A stretch of DNA of 64,000 nt from an uncultured Actinomycetes bacterium (GTDB lineage: Bacteria; Actinomycetota; Thermoleophilia; Gaiellales; Gaiellaceae): NCBI GenBank assembly GCA_963809465.1, contig CAWEJU010000015.1, forward strand, positions 398,295 to 462,294, given 5' to 3'. The notes below the pieces were generated by a model. That model was not told the DNA's origin. It did not search any database and saw nothing but the letters and a program-made list of their open reading frames with translations. Shown here in pieces: positions 16,733-25,560 of the stretch. Position 1 is the first letter of the stretch. Each line of letters starts with the position of its first letter. Both the position numbers and the translations under genes were made by a program.

Positions 16733-17835
16733 CCGCGCGCCAGCTCCACCAGCGCGACCGTCACGTCGACCATCGCCTCGAGATCAGCGACCGCGACCCG
16801 CTCCTCCGGCGTGTGGAAGCCGAACACCCCGTGCGAGAGGTTCACACAACGGCGGCCGCGCTCGTTGAAGACGTTCGCATCCGCGCCGCCGCCGGACAAC
16901 CCGTAGCGCGGTTCGAACCCGCAGCGGGCGAACGCCGCCGCCGCGAGCACGACGGCGGGCTCATCTCGCTTCAGCCGGTAGCCGTCGTAGCTCTTGCGCA
17001 TCGTCGTCTCGACCTCGCAGTCCGTTTCGGTCGCGGCGAAGGAGAACGCGTCCAGCATCTCCTGCACGAAGTCCCCGAGCTTCGCCTCGTCCTGGCAGCG
17101 CGCCTCCGCCAGGAACGTGCACCACTCCGGGACGACGTTGCCGGCCGTGCCGCCCGAGATCGTGCCGACGTTCGCCGTCGTCAGCTCGTCGACGCGGCCG
17201 AGCCGCAGGTCGGCGATCGCCTTCGCCGCCGCCTGGATCGCGGAACGCCCCTCCTCCGGCGCCATTCCCGCGTGCGCCGCACGGCCATGGAAGCGCACCT
17301 CGAGCGCACGTGACCACGGCGCGCCGAGGACGACCTCGCCGATGGCCCCTTCCTGGTCGTACACATAGCCCACCTGGGCGCGCAGCCGGTCGTGGTCGAA
17401 TGCGTTCGCACCGACGAGGCCGACCTCCTCCTTCGGCGTGAACAAGAGCTCGATTCCCGCGTGCGGCACGTTCTCGACGAGCACGTGCCGGACCCCCTCG
17501 AGCATCGCCGTGACGGCAGCCTTGTTGTCGGCGCCGAGGATCGTGCCGCCCGCGTTCCGGACCACGCCCTCCTCCACCACCGGCTCGAGCTTCCCGTCCG
17601 GCGGCACGGTGTCCAGGTGTGCGCAGAGAAACAGAGGTGTCCCCTCCCCCGTCGGCTCGACCTGCGCATAGACGTTGCCCGCGGTCGAGCCGATGGCCGA
17701 GCCGCAGCCGTCCTCGTCCGCCTCGAGCCCCAGGTCGCGCAGGTAGCCCAGCACGACGTCTGCCACCGCACGCTCCTCGCCCGGCGGGCTCGGGATCGCG
17801 GCAAGCTCGAGGAAGAGGTCGACCGCCTCGGACAC
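16729..17835 (-). CDS. M20 family metallopeptidase (PepT-like)
   Basis: AHLDTVP, GADNKAAV and EEVGL motifs. 368 aa. Confidence 0.8.
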   Translation of the reverse strand: MSEAVDLFLELAAIPSPPGEERAVADVVLGYLRDLGLEADEDGCGSAIGSTAGNVYAQVEPTGEGTPLFLCAHLDTVPPDGKLEPVVEEGVVRNAGGTILGADNKAAVTAMLEGVRHVLVENVPHAGIELLFTPKEEVGLVGANAFDHDRLRAQVGYVYDQEGAIGEVVLGAPWSRALEVRFHGRAAHAGMAPEEGRSAIQAAAKAIADLRLGRVDELTTANVGTISGGTAGNVVPEWCTFLAEARCQDEAKLGDFVQEMLDAFSFAATETDCEVETTMRKSYDGYRLKRDEPAVVLAAAAFARCGFEPRYGLSGGGADANVFNERGRRCVNLSHGVFGFHTPEERVAVADLEAMVDVTVALVELARG

Positions 17836-17841
17836 GCGCCG

Positions 17842-17847
17842 ATCCTA
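17842..17847 (-). promoter_or_regulatory. -10-like TAGGAT, 6 nt before the M20 peptidase GTG (leaderless)
   Basis: Minus strand reads TAGGAT-cggcgc-GTG. Confidence 0.45.
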
Positions 17848-17858
17848 CGGAGGAACGG

Positions 17859-19499
17859 CTAGGCCGCGACGCGCTCGCCGGCCCGGGCCCGCGCACGGTC
17901 GAGCGCAGCGCCGACGAAGCCGCGGAAGAGCGGCGCCGCCCGCGTCGGCCTGGACTTGAACTCCGGGTGGAACTGGCTCGCGACGAACCACGGATGGTCC
18001 GGCAGCTCGACGATCTCGACCAGCCGGCCTTCCTGGAACGTCCCGCTCACGACGAGGCCGGCCTCGACGAGCCGCTCGCGAAACGCGTTGTTGACCTCGT
18101 AGCGGTGCCGATGTCGCTCGTGGATCGTCGGCTCGCCGTACAGGTCGCGCGTTCGCGACTCCGCCGCGACCTCGACCGCCTGCGCGCCGAGCCGCATCGT
18201 GCCGCCGAGATCCTCGACCCCCTTCTGCTCGGGCAACAGGTCGATCACCGGATAGGGCGTCTCGGGGTCCATCTCCGTCGAGTTCGCGCCGTCGAGCCCC
18301 ACGACGTGCCGCGCGAACTCCGACACGGCCACGTGCATGCCGAGACAGATGCCGAGATAGGGAATGCGCCGCTCGCGCGCGACCTGGCAGGCGAGGATCT
18401 TGCCCTCCCAGCCGCGCGAGCCGAAGCCGCCCGGCACGAGCACGCCGTCAACGCCCTCGAGCAGCTCCGCCGCTTCTTCGTACGACATGTCCTCCGCGTC
18501 CACCCAGCGCACCCGGACGGCGCAACCGTGCTCGAGCCCGGCGTGCTTGAGCGCCTCGTGGACGGAGAGGTACGCGTCCTGGAGCTTCACGTACTTGCCG
18601 ACGAGCGCGATCTCGACGACCTCCCGGCGGCTGTGCATCCGCTCGAGCAGCTCGTCCCAGTCGGACAGGTCCGGCGGGCCGAGCTCGAGGCCGAGCCGCT
18701 CGCCGACGAGCCGGTCGAGGCCCTCGGCCTCGAGGACGCGCGGCACCTCGTACACGTCCGGCACGTCCGGACTCGCGACGACCGCTCCCGGGTCGACGTC
18801 GGCAAAGAGCGCGATCTTGTCCCGGATGTCGCGCGAGAGCTCCTCGTGCGAGCGGCAGACGACGACGTCGGGATGGATGCCGATCCGACGCAGCTCGTTC
18901 ACCGAGTGCTGCGTCGGCTTCGTCTTCAGCTCGCCCGCTGCCTCGATGAACGGAACGAGCGTCACGTGGACGTACACGACGTTCTCGGTGCCGACCTCCC
19001 GCCGGAACTGGCGGATCGCCTCGAGGAACGGCAGCGATTCGATGTCGCCGACGGTGCCGCCGATCTCGGAGATGACGACGTCGGCAGGGCTCGCCTCGGC
19101 GGCCCGGCGGATGCGCGCCTTGATCTCGTTCGTGATGTGCGGGATCACCTGAACGGTCGCACCGAGGAAGTCGCCCTTGCGCTCCTTGCGCAGGACGGTG
19201 TCCCAGATGGCGCCGGCGCTGTGACTCGCGCTGCGCAGGAAGTTCTCGTCGACGAAGCGCTCGTAGTGGCCGATGTCGAGATCCGTTTCGGCGCCGTCCT
19301 CGGTCACGAAGACCTCGCCGTGCTGGAACGGGCTCATCGTCCCCGGGTCGACATTCAGGTACGGATCGAACTTCTGCAGCTGGACGCGCAGGCCGCGCGC
19401 CTTGAGCAGCCGCCCAAGCGACGCAGCGACGATTCCCTTCCCGAGCGCGGAGACGACTCCACCCGTGACAAAGACGTACTTCGGGGCCCGTGCGCTCAC
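17859..19499 (-). CDS. pyrG: CTP synthase
   Basis: [17 protein letters not shown]-terminus and the glutamine amidotransferase motif GICLGMH. Confidence 0.95.
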   Translation of the reverse strand: MSARAPKYVFVTGGVVSALGKGIVAASLGRLLKARGLRVQLQKFDPYLNVDPGTMSPFQHGEVFVTEDGAETDLDIGHYERFVDENFLRSASHSAGAIWDTVLRKERKGDFLGATVQVIPHITNEIKARIRRAAEASPADVVISEIGGTVGDIESLPFLEAIRQFRREVGTENVVYVHVTLVPFIEAAGELKTKPTQHSVNELRRIGIHPDVVVCRSHEELSRDIRDKIALFADVDPGAVVASPDVPDVYEVPRVLEAEGLDRLVGERLGLELGPPDLSDWDELLERMHSRREVVEIALVGKYVKLQDAYLSVHEALKHAGLEHGCAVRVRWVDAEDMSYEEAAELLEGVDGVLVPGGFGSRGWEGKILACQVARERRIPYLGICLGMHVAVSEFARHVVGLDGANSTEMDPETPYPVIDLLPEQKGVEDLGGTMRLGAQAVEVAAESRTRDLYGEPTIHERHRHRYEVNNAFRERLVEAGLVVSGTFQEGRLVEIVELPDHPWFVASQFHPEFKSRPTRAAPLFRGFVGAALDRARARAGERVAA

Positions 19500-19507
19500 G
19501 GGATTTC

Positions 19508-19513
19508 AGGGTA
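19508..19513 (-). promoter_or_regulatory. -10-like TACCCT, 8 nt before the pyrG GTG (leaderless)
   Basis: Minus strand reads TACCCT-gaaatccc-GTG. Confidence 0.45.
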
Positions 19514-19533
19514 GCACCGGCGGCGGCCGGAAC

Positions 19534-19959
19534 CTAGATCGCGGGCATGCGGACGAGCGCGGCGAGCTTCGCGAGCGCCTCCGAAGGGAAGGCGCGGCCG
19601 ATCCCGATGAACCGCGGCGCCTCGACGATCAGGGTGGCGGCCGCCTCGTCGTCCTCCGTCGCTTCGAGCTCGAGCTCGACGTCGATCCGGTCGGCCATCA
19701 GCTGGAAAGTCACCCGCGAGCGCTGCTCGACCTCGATCACGAGCAGTTGGCCCACCATCTGCGGCCGGCGCCGGAGGCTCGGCTTGGTACCGCTCGCCCC
19801 TTCGATCCGCCAGAGCCCACCCGGCACGAGCCCGCGCCGTCCCGGATCGACCGCGTCGATTCCCGGCCACCACTCCGCGAGCCGCGCCGGCTCGGCGAGC
19901 ACCGCCCATACGTCCTCGACGGTCCCCGGGAGGACGCGGCTAGCCGCGTACCGCGGCAA
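19534..19959 (-). CDS. SRPBCC (polyketide cyclase/dehydrase-like) family protein
   Basis: 141 aa with the typical VEDVWAVLAEPARLAEWWPG N-terminus. Confidence 0.65.
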   Translation of the reverse strand: MPRYAASRVLPGTVEDVWAVLAEPARLAEWWPGIDAVDPGRRGLVPGGLWRIEGASGTKPSLRRRPQMVGQLLVIEVEQRSRVTFQLMADRIDVELELEATEDDEAAATLIVEAPRFIGIGRAFPSEALAKLAALVRMPAI

Positions 19960-21554
19960 GGAACTCCTGTCCGCCGAGCATGCGTTCCAGCTCCGCCTTC
20001 CGCTCGTCCTCTCCGAGCTGCTCGATCCGCGTGTGGGTCGGCTCGCCCGGCGTCTTCTCGACCCGGAAGTGACGGTCGGCGAGAGCGGCGATCTGGGGCA
20101 GGTGCGTGATCGTCACGACCTGGGCATGCTCGGCGAGGCGCCGGAGGAGCCCGCCGACCGCATGCGCCGTCTCGCCGCCGATCCCCGCGTCGATCTCGTC
20201 GAACACGAGTGTGTCGCCGCCGCCCACGGCCGCGATCGCAAGGGCGATCCGTGAGAGCTCGCCGCCGGATGCTGTCTCCGCGACCGGAGCGAACGGAAGC
20301 CCCGCGTTCGGCCGGACGAGGAAGACCGCCTCGTCGCCGCCCGTCGACCCCGGACTCGTCCCGCTCACGCAGCTCGCAGACGAACTCGCCGTTCCCCATC
20401 CCGACGCCGCGAAGCTCGGCGGCGACCGCATCGGCGAACGCAGGCGCGGCCGCGTTTCGCTCCGCGCGCAGCTCGAGGGCCAGCGCGTCGACGCGCGCCT
20501 CGGCCTCTGCGAGCACGCGCGCGGCGACTTCAGCCGGATCGGATCCGTCCTCGAGGGCCGCAAGCTCGGCCCGCGCCTCCTCCCGCCGCGCGAGCAGCTC
20601 CTCGTACGTCGCGCAGCGGAAACGCCGCTTCGCCTCCGCGATCCGGTCGAGCTCGGCCTCGAGCTGCTCGAGGCGGCCCGGCTCGGCTTCGAGCGACGCG
20701 AGAAAGGAGTGCAGATCGGAGGCGGTCTCGCGCAGGCGGAGCTCGACGTCCCGCAGCTCGTCCCCCGCCTGCTGGAGCTCGGCCGCGAGCCGCTCGAGCG
20801 GCGCGACCGACCGCTCCGCGAGCCCGACGAGGCCGGCGGCTCCTTCGCCCTCCTCCGGTGCGAGCGCCGCGGCGGCCGCGGCAGCGCCGGCGGCCAGGTC
20901 GGCGACGTGCCGGTGCCGCTCGCGCTCGGTGCGGAGACGCTCCTCCTCCCCGGCATCCATGCCTTCGGTGTCCTCGACCAGCGCGCGCAGCTCGACGAGC
21001 CGGGTCTCGGCGAGCGCGGCGTTCGCCGTCAGCTCGTCGTGCCGCCGCCGCGCGCCCTGCAGGTCGCGCCACGCGTTCCGAGCGGCCACGCGACGGGCGA
21101 GCTGCTCCTCGCCGCAGAAGCGGTCGAGCACCTCGAGCTGATAGGACGGCCGCGCGAGCCGCCGCTGCTCGAACTGGCCCGACATCGCGAGCACGCGCTC
21201 GACCGAGGCGGCGACGTCCTCCCGGGCAGCCGCTCTTCCCCACGCGTAGGCGCGGGTGCGTCCGTCGGCGAAGACGCGCCGGGAGACGACGAGTGCGTCG
21301 TCGTCCTCAGGACGCAGCTCGTCCAGCTCCTCGAGGTCTTGTGGAAGGTCGAGCTCCGCCTCGACGTATGCCTCCTCGCCGGCGGCGCCGACGAACGAGT
21401 CGTCGCCCTTGGCGCCGAGGAGGAGGCCCAGCGCCTGGGCGAGGATCGTCTTGCCGGCGCCCGTCTCCCCCGTGATCGCGTTCAGGCCGGGCGCGAGCTC
21501 GAGCTCGGCCTCGCGGATGAGGACGAGGTTCTCGATGCGCAGCCGGCGGAGCAC
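19940..21554 (-). pseudogene. recN: DNA repair protein RecN, reading frame broken near 20336-20354
   Basis: The N-terminal part (LRIENLVLI..ITGETGAGKT..coiled coil..GEFVCELRERDESGVDG) and the C-terminal part (GDEAVFLVRPNAG..ASGGELSRIALA..LVFDEIDAGIGG) lie in frames offset by one nt. Total length is 1615 nt, which is not a multiple of 3. Confidence 0.8.
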
Positions 21555-21603
21555 GCCGTCGATCGTAGACGCGCGGCCCGACGCTGCCCATTGGCCGTTC
21601 CGG

Positions 21604-22371
21604 TCAGTGTTGCGAGGTGAATGTCTCGCGGTAGCGGCCGAAGAACGTCGTCTCCGGCAGTGTCGCGAGCAGGCTCCGCTGCTCGCCGAGCCGGATCGAC
21701 AGCGCCCCGTCGGGCTGGAGGTCGCCGCTCCGATGCCCGTCGGCAAGGACGGCGGCGCCGACGTCCGGGGTCGCGTTCCGCACCATCAGCTCCGCGCCGC
21801 GCGGCACGACGAGCGGCCGCGCATCGAGCGAGTGCGGCGCGATGAACGTGATCGCCATCGCGTCGAGCCCACGCACGAGGACGGGGCCGCCGTTCGAGAG
21901 GTTGTAGGCCGTCGAGCCCGACGGCGTCGAGCAGATCATCCCGTCGCACGAGACGACGCCGAGGTCCTCGCCGGCGATCGCCCAGCCGAGCTCGATCATC
22001 CTCCCCAGCGTCGAGCTCGTGACCACGACGTCGTTGACGGCCACGAAGCCGTCGCCGTCGAGCTGGGCCTCGAGCGTGGGCTGCTCGATCGTCCGGTACT
22101 CGCCGGCGAAGACCCGCGCGAGGTCGACCTCGAGCCGTTCCGGCGCGATCGAGGCGAGGAAGCCGACTCGGCCGAAGTTGATCCCGATCACGGGAACGCC
22201 CGTTCCGAGCAGCCGCGAGAGCGTCCGGAGGATCGTCCCGTCGCCGCCCACCGCGACCGCGAGCTGCGCGCGCTCCGGCTCGTCGACGAGCTGCACGCCG
22301 GCGCCTTCCGCGACCGCCCGCACCCGTGCCACGGCATCGCGCACGTCGACGCGGCCGTGGGCGACGAGCAT
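21604..22371 (-). CDS. nadK: NAD+ kinase
   Basis: GGDGT.LR..GINFGRVGFL..TPSGSTAYNLS motifs. The start is set at the ATG just after the tlyA stop. Confidence 0.9.
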   Translation of the reverse strand: MLVAHGRVDVRDAVARVRAVAEGAGVQLVDEPERAQLAVAVGGDGTILRTLSRLLGTGVPVIGINFGRVGFLASIAPERLEVDLARVFAGEYRTIEQPTLEAQLDGDGFVAVNDVVVTSSTLGRMIELGWAIAGEDLGVVSCDGMICSTPSGSTAYNLSNGGPVLVRGLDAMAITFIAPHSLDARPLVVPRGAELMVRNATPDVGAAVLADGHRSGDLQPDGALSIRLGEQRSLLATLPETTFFGRYRETFTSQH

Positions 22372-22378
22372 GGCCGCC

Positions 22379-23146
22379 TCAACCGGCGAGTGCTTGCTCG
22401 ATCCGCTCGTCGAGGTCATCGGGAAGCTTCGGCTGCTCGGAGTCCACGAGGTGGAGGAAGGTCTCCCGGTTCCCCTTCGGCCCCGGGAGCCCCGAGTCTA
22501 CGACGCCGCGGACGCCTGCCCCCCAGGACAGCGCCGCTTCGGCCACCTCGCGGATGACGCGGCGGCGCACCTCTGGATCGCGCACGACGCCTCCCTTCCC
22601 CACCTCCGCCCGCCCAGCCTCGAACTGCGGCTTCACGAGCACCACCGCCTCCCAGCCGGGCGCGCACAGGCGCAGCACCGGCGGGAGCGCAAGCCGCACG
22701 GAGATGAACGACACGTCGCAGACGACGAGCTGCGGCTGGTACTGGAGCTCGACGAGCGTGCGTGCGTTCGTGCGCTCGAGCACGGTCACGCGCGAGTCCG
22801 CGCGCAGGCGCGGGTGCAGCTGGCCGTAGCCGACGTCGATCGCGATCACGCGGGCGGCACCGCGTTGCAGGAGGACGTCGGTGAAGCCGCCGGTCGAGGC
22901 GCCCACGTCGACGCAGTCCTGCCCGGCGGGATCGACGCCCAGCTCGTCGAGCCCGTGCGCGAGCTTCTCGCCGCCCCGCGAGACGTACGGCGGCGGCCGT
23001 TCGACGGCGAGCTCGGCGTCCTCGTCCACCTGCTGGCCCGGCTTCTGGAAGCCGGGTACGAGCCCCGCGAGCACGAGCGCCTGCGCCTGCGCCCGCGACT
23101 CCGCGAGCCCACGGTCGACCAGGAGTACGTCGAGACGTTTCTTCAT
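22379..23146 (-). CDS. tlyA: TlyA family rRNA 2'-O-methyltransferase
   Basis: S4-like N-terminus KKRLDVLLVDRGLAESR. YVSRGGEKL and DVGASTGGFTDVLL motifs. Confidence 0.9.
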   Translation of the reverse strand: MKKRLDVLLVDRGLAESRAQAQALVLAGLVPGFQKPGQQVDEDAELAVERPPPYVSRGGEKLAHGLDELGVDPAGQDCVDVGASTGGFTDVLLQRGAARVIAIDVGYGQLHPRLRADSRVTVLERTNARTLVELQYQPQLVVCDVSFISVRLALPPVLRLCAPGWEAVVLVKPQFEAGRAEVGKGGVVRDPEVRRRVIREVAEAALSWGAGVRGVVDSGLPGPKGNRETFLHLVDSEQPKLPDDLDERIEQALAG

Positions 23147-23826
23147 AACCGTCTGCAGACGTACGTCGCGTAGAACCGTTGACGCACGTCCCGTTCGACG
23201 ATCGTGAAGCCCGTCCGGTCGAGCAGCGACTCGAGAAGCCAGGAGAAGGTCGAGCTCTCCCGCTGGACATGTGCTTCGAGCTCGCCACGCGTCCATCCCT
23301 CTCTCGGAGTCGGCGCCGCGGCGGCGAGCCACTCCTCGACCCGGCTATCGCTCTCGGCAGGAGCGAAGTCGAAGACGAGATCGCAGAGGACGAGGACGCC
23401 GCCGGACCCGAGCAGGTCGTGGACGCGCGCGAGCGCTACGCCCTTCCAGAAGTCGGGCAGGTGATGAAGCGCGTTCCGTGAGTGCACGAGCTGAGGCGGA
23501 TCGCCGACGTGCTCATACGTGAGGAATCCCGCCTCCACCCACTCGATCGCGTCGCCCCGGCTGCGGGCAATCTCGAGCATGGCCGGCGAGAGGTCGACGC
23601 CGACGACGCGCCCGGCCTCAGGGGCCGCGGCGACGGCAAGCAAGCCTGTGCCACAGCCGAGGTCGACGAGCGTCGTATCCGGGCCGAGCCCGTGACGACG
23701 CAGGAGCTCCAGCGCAGCTTCGAGATCGAGACGGGTCTTTGCATCGTAGGCCCCGACATACGCGGAATCGAAGTGCTCGAGGCCCGCGTGCGCCCGCTCG
23801 TGCAGGTACCAGCTCGGTGTGCTCAA
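23143..23826 (-). CDS. class I SAM-dependent methyltransferase
   Basis: SAM motif I VDLGCGTGLLAV. TTG start overlaps the upstream TGA (TTGA), and its own stop overlaps the tlyA ATG (ATGA). Confidence 0.7.
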   Translation of the reverse strand: MSTPSWYLHERAHAGLEHFDSAYVGAYDAKTRLDLEAALELLRRHGLGPDTTLVDLGCGTGLLAVAAAPEAGRVVGVDLSPAMLEIARSRGDAIEWVEAGFLTYEHVGDPPQLVHSRNALHHLPDFWKGVALARVHDLLGSGGVLVLCDLVFDFAPAESDSRVEEWLAAAAPTPREGWTRGELEAHVQRESSTFSWLLESLLDRTGFTIVERDVRQRFYATYVCRRL

Positions 23827-24608
23827 GCCGTGCGCACGGCGAGCGAGTCGACGATCTCGCGAAGGACGGACGTGTCGGCGCCGATCTCCTCCAGTCGGGC
23901 CCGCGCGCGCTCCGCGGCGTCGTCGGCGTAGCGGCGGGCACCCTCGGCGCCGTGCTCCCGCACGTATCCGTCCTCGTCGAGGATGTCGTCGACGATCTGG
24001 AAGAGGAGGCCGAGCTCCTCCGCGAACGCCCGCCACGGAGCCTGCTCCTCCTCGGGCAGCTCGACCGCCCAGAGCGCCATCGTCACGGACGCGTAGAAGA
24101 GCCTGCCTGTCTTCAGCCGGTGCACCGCCGCGAGGTCGTAGCCGTCCACCATGGTGTCGAGGTACTGGCCGCCGATCATCCCGAGCGTCGCCTCGGCGAG
24201 CTCGCGCGCCACGGCCGACGACTCGTAGCGCGCGGCGAGCCGGAAGGCCTCGGCGAGCAGCGCGTCGCCCGCCAGGACGCCGACGCCCTCCCCGAACTTC
24301 TTCCACGTCGACGGCTGGCCGCGCCGTTCCTCGTCGTCGTCCATCGCCGGCAGGTCGTCGTGAACCAGCGAGAACGTGTGGACGAGCTCGATCGCGAGCG
24401 CCGCCGGCGCCACCTGCCCGACCGGCGCGCCGAGCGCCTCGCCGACGGCGAGCGTGATCACGGGACGCACCCGCTTGCCGCCGACCTCGAGCGAGTAGCG
24501 GACCGATGTCGCCTGGCCGTGCAGCTCCGGCCAGAGCTCGAGCCGCTCCAGCGCCTCCTCGACGAGCGCCCTCAGCTCGTCAGGCCCTTGCAAATCAGGC
24601 ACCGGCAT
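23823..24608 (-). CDS. polyprenyl diphosphate synthase (FPP/GGPP synthase type)
   Basis: First and second Asp-rich motifs LVHDDLPAMDDD and FQIVDDILD. Confidence 0.85.
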   Translation of the reverse strand: MPVPDLQGPDELRALVEEALERLELWPELHGQATSVRYSLEVGGKRVRPVITLAVGEALGAPVGQVAPAALAIELVHTFSLVHDDLPAMDDDEERRGQPSTWKKFGEGVGVLAGDALLAEAFRLAARYESSAVARELAEATLGMIGGQYLDTMVDGYDLAAVHRLKTGRLFYASVTMALWAVELPEEEQAPWRAFAEELGLLFQIVDDILDEDGYVREHGAEGARRYADDAAERARARLEEIGADTSVLREIVDSLAVRTA

Positions 24609-24804
24609 CGGCCTCGGCCGCCCTCTGCGCGCGGTTCAGCTCCTCCTCGACCGCCTTCGCGAGATCCGACAGCTCTCCGAGCAGCTCGATCGCCCGCTCC
24701 GGCGACTCGGCCTCCCCCTCCGCGAGCTGCTCGAGCTCCGCACGCACGCCCTCGACCCGCGCCAACAGCTCCTCTGCCCGCGTCAGCGACTCGTCACTGC
24801 TCAC
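24595..24804 (-). CDS. small coiled-coil protein at the xseB position (possible exonuclease VII small subunit)
   Basis: 69 aa from GTG 24804, helical and acidic. It occupies the slot directly upstream of the polyprenyl synthase, as xseB does in Bacillus and E. coli. Sequence similarity to XseB is not convincing by eye. Confidence 0.35.
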   Translation of the reverse strand: MSSDESLTRAEELLARVEGVRAELEQLAEGEAESPERAIELLGELSDLAKAVEEELNRAQRAAEADAGA

Positions 24805-24875
24805 TGTTCCCGTTCCCGGTGCCGGCAAAGCCGGCACCTTCGCTCCCTGATGAGCTCCGTCGAGCCTACGCTCAC
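24805..24875 (-). repeat. copy 1 of the ~70-nt two-hairpin intergenic element
   Basis: Aligns with copies at 48297-48366 and 40319-40389. It starts at the nusB stop and ends 13 nt before GTG 24804. Confidence 0.85.
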
Positions 24876-25255
24876 GCGCCCTCCTCCCGCACGAGCTTGC
24901 CGAGGATCCCGTTCACCAGCCTCGCAGCATCCTCGGATGCGTAGCGCTTCGCAAGCGTCACCGCCTCGTCGAGGACGACCTCGATCGGCACCTCCCCCTC
25001 GTCGAGCTCCTCGAGCGCGACGCGAAGGACGTTGCGCTCGACGGCGCCCAGCCGGTCCGCGGTCCATTCGTCGGAGGCGGAGGTGATCCGCGAGTCGAGC
25101 TCGGCCGCGTGCCCGGTCACCGCGCCGGTGAGGTGCCGCGTATAGGCGTCGACCTCCCCTTCGTAGAGCGAGCCGAGCGGCTTGCCGGTCACATCCCACT
25201 GGAAGAGCATGAAGACGGCGGCCCGGCGCGCCTCGCGGCGGCTGATGGCGCTCAC
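24872..25255 (-). CDS. nusB: transcription antitermination factor NusB
   Basis: REARRAAVFMLFQWD..ERNVLRVALEEL..AKRY..VNGILG motifs. GTGA overlap with asp23. Confidence 0.9.
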   Translation of the reverse strand: MSAISRREARRAAVFMLFQWDVTGKPLGSLYEGEVDAYTRHLTGAVTGHAAELDSRITSASDEWTADRLGAVERNVLRVALEELDEGEVPIEVVLDEAVTLAKRYASEDAARLVNGILGKLVREEGA

Positions 25256-25560
25256 GGACGGTCGAGCTCCTCGACGGTGACGTGCACCGCCTCGACCTCG
25301 ACGTCGCACATCCGCGCGAGCGCGTCGGCGACCCGCTCCTGCACGGCAGCCGACACCTCGGGGAGAACGCGGCCGTACACGACCGCGAGCTGCAGCTCGG
25401 CTCGGGCGCGGCCGTCCTCGAGCTCGACCCCGAGCCGCCGCCGGCCCTTGCAGAGCCGGGCACCGTCGACCGACGCGACCGCCCGCCGCACGATCTCCGT
25501 CAGAGCCGCCTCGCTCACGCGCACCGAGCCGCCACTCTCCTGGACGAGGACCCGGGTCAC
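25252..25560 (-). CDS. Asp23/Gls24 family envelope stress protein
   Basis: VSEAALTEIVRRAV..V..V.V.V pattern. GTGA overlap with accC. Position is conserved (yqhY-like) between accC and nusB. Confidence 0.75.
   Translation of the reverse strand: MTRVLVQESGGSVRVSEAALTEIVRRAVASVDGARLCKGRRRLGVELEDGRARAELQLAVVYGRVLPEVSAAVQERVADALARMCDVEVEAVHVTVEELDRP

Noticed and set aside
23827-24306. N-terminal 160-aa extension of the methyltransferase ORF (ORF 23143-24306). Similar long N-terminal extensions occur on the alaS, hisS, aspS, hutU, hutI, pepP, ppdK and tlyA ORFs.
   Set aside because: The extensions overlap the upstream genes in another frame and are Arg/Gly-rich. Conserved N-termini and NTGA couplings define the shorter starts.
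24847-24854. CTGATGAG on the plus strand of element copy 1, followed by a GCTC-CGTC-GAGC stem. This resembles the hammerhead ribozyme core CUGAUGA plus stem II.
   Set aside because: No GAAA follows stem II. The CUGAUGA is not conserved in copy 2 (CTGGTTGAG) or copy 3 (CTTGCCGTG), so it is a chance match within the linker.
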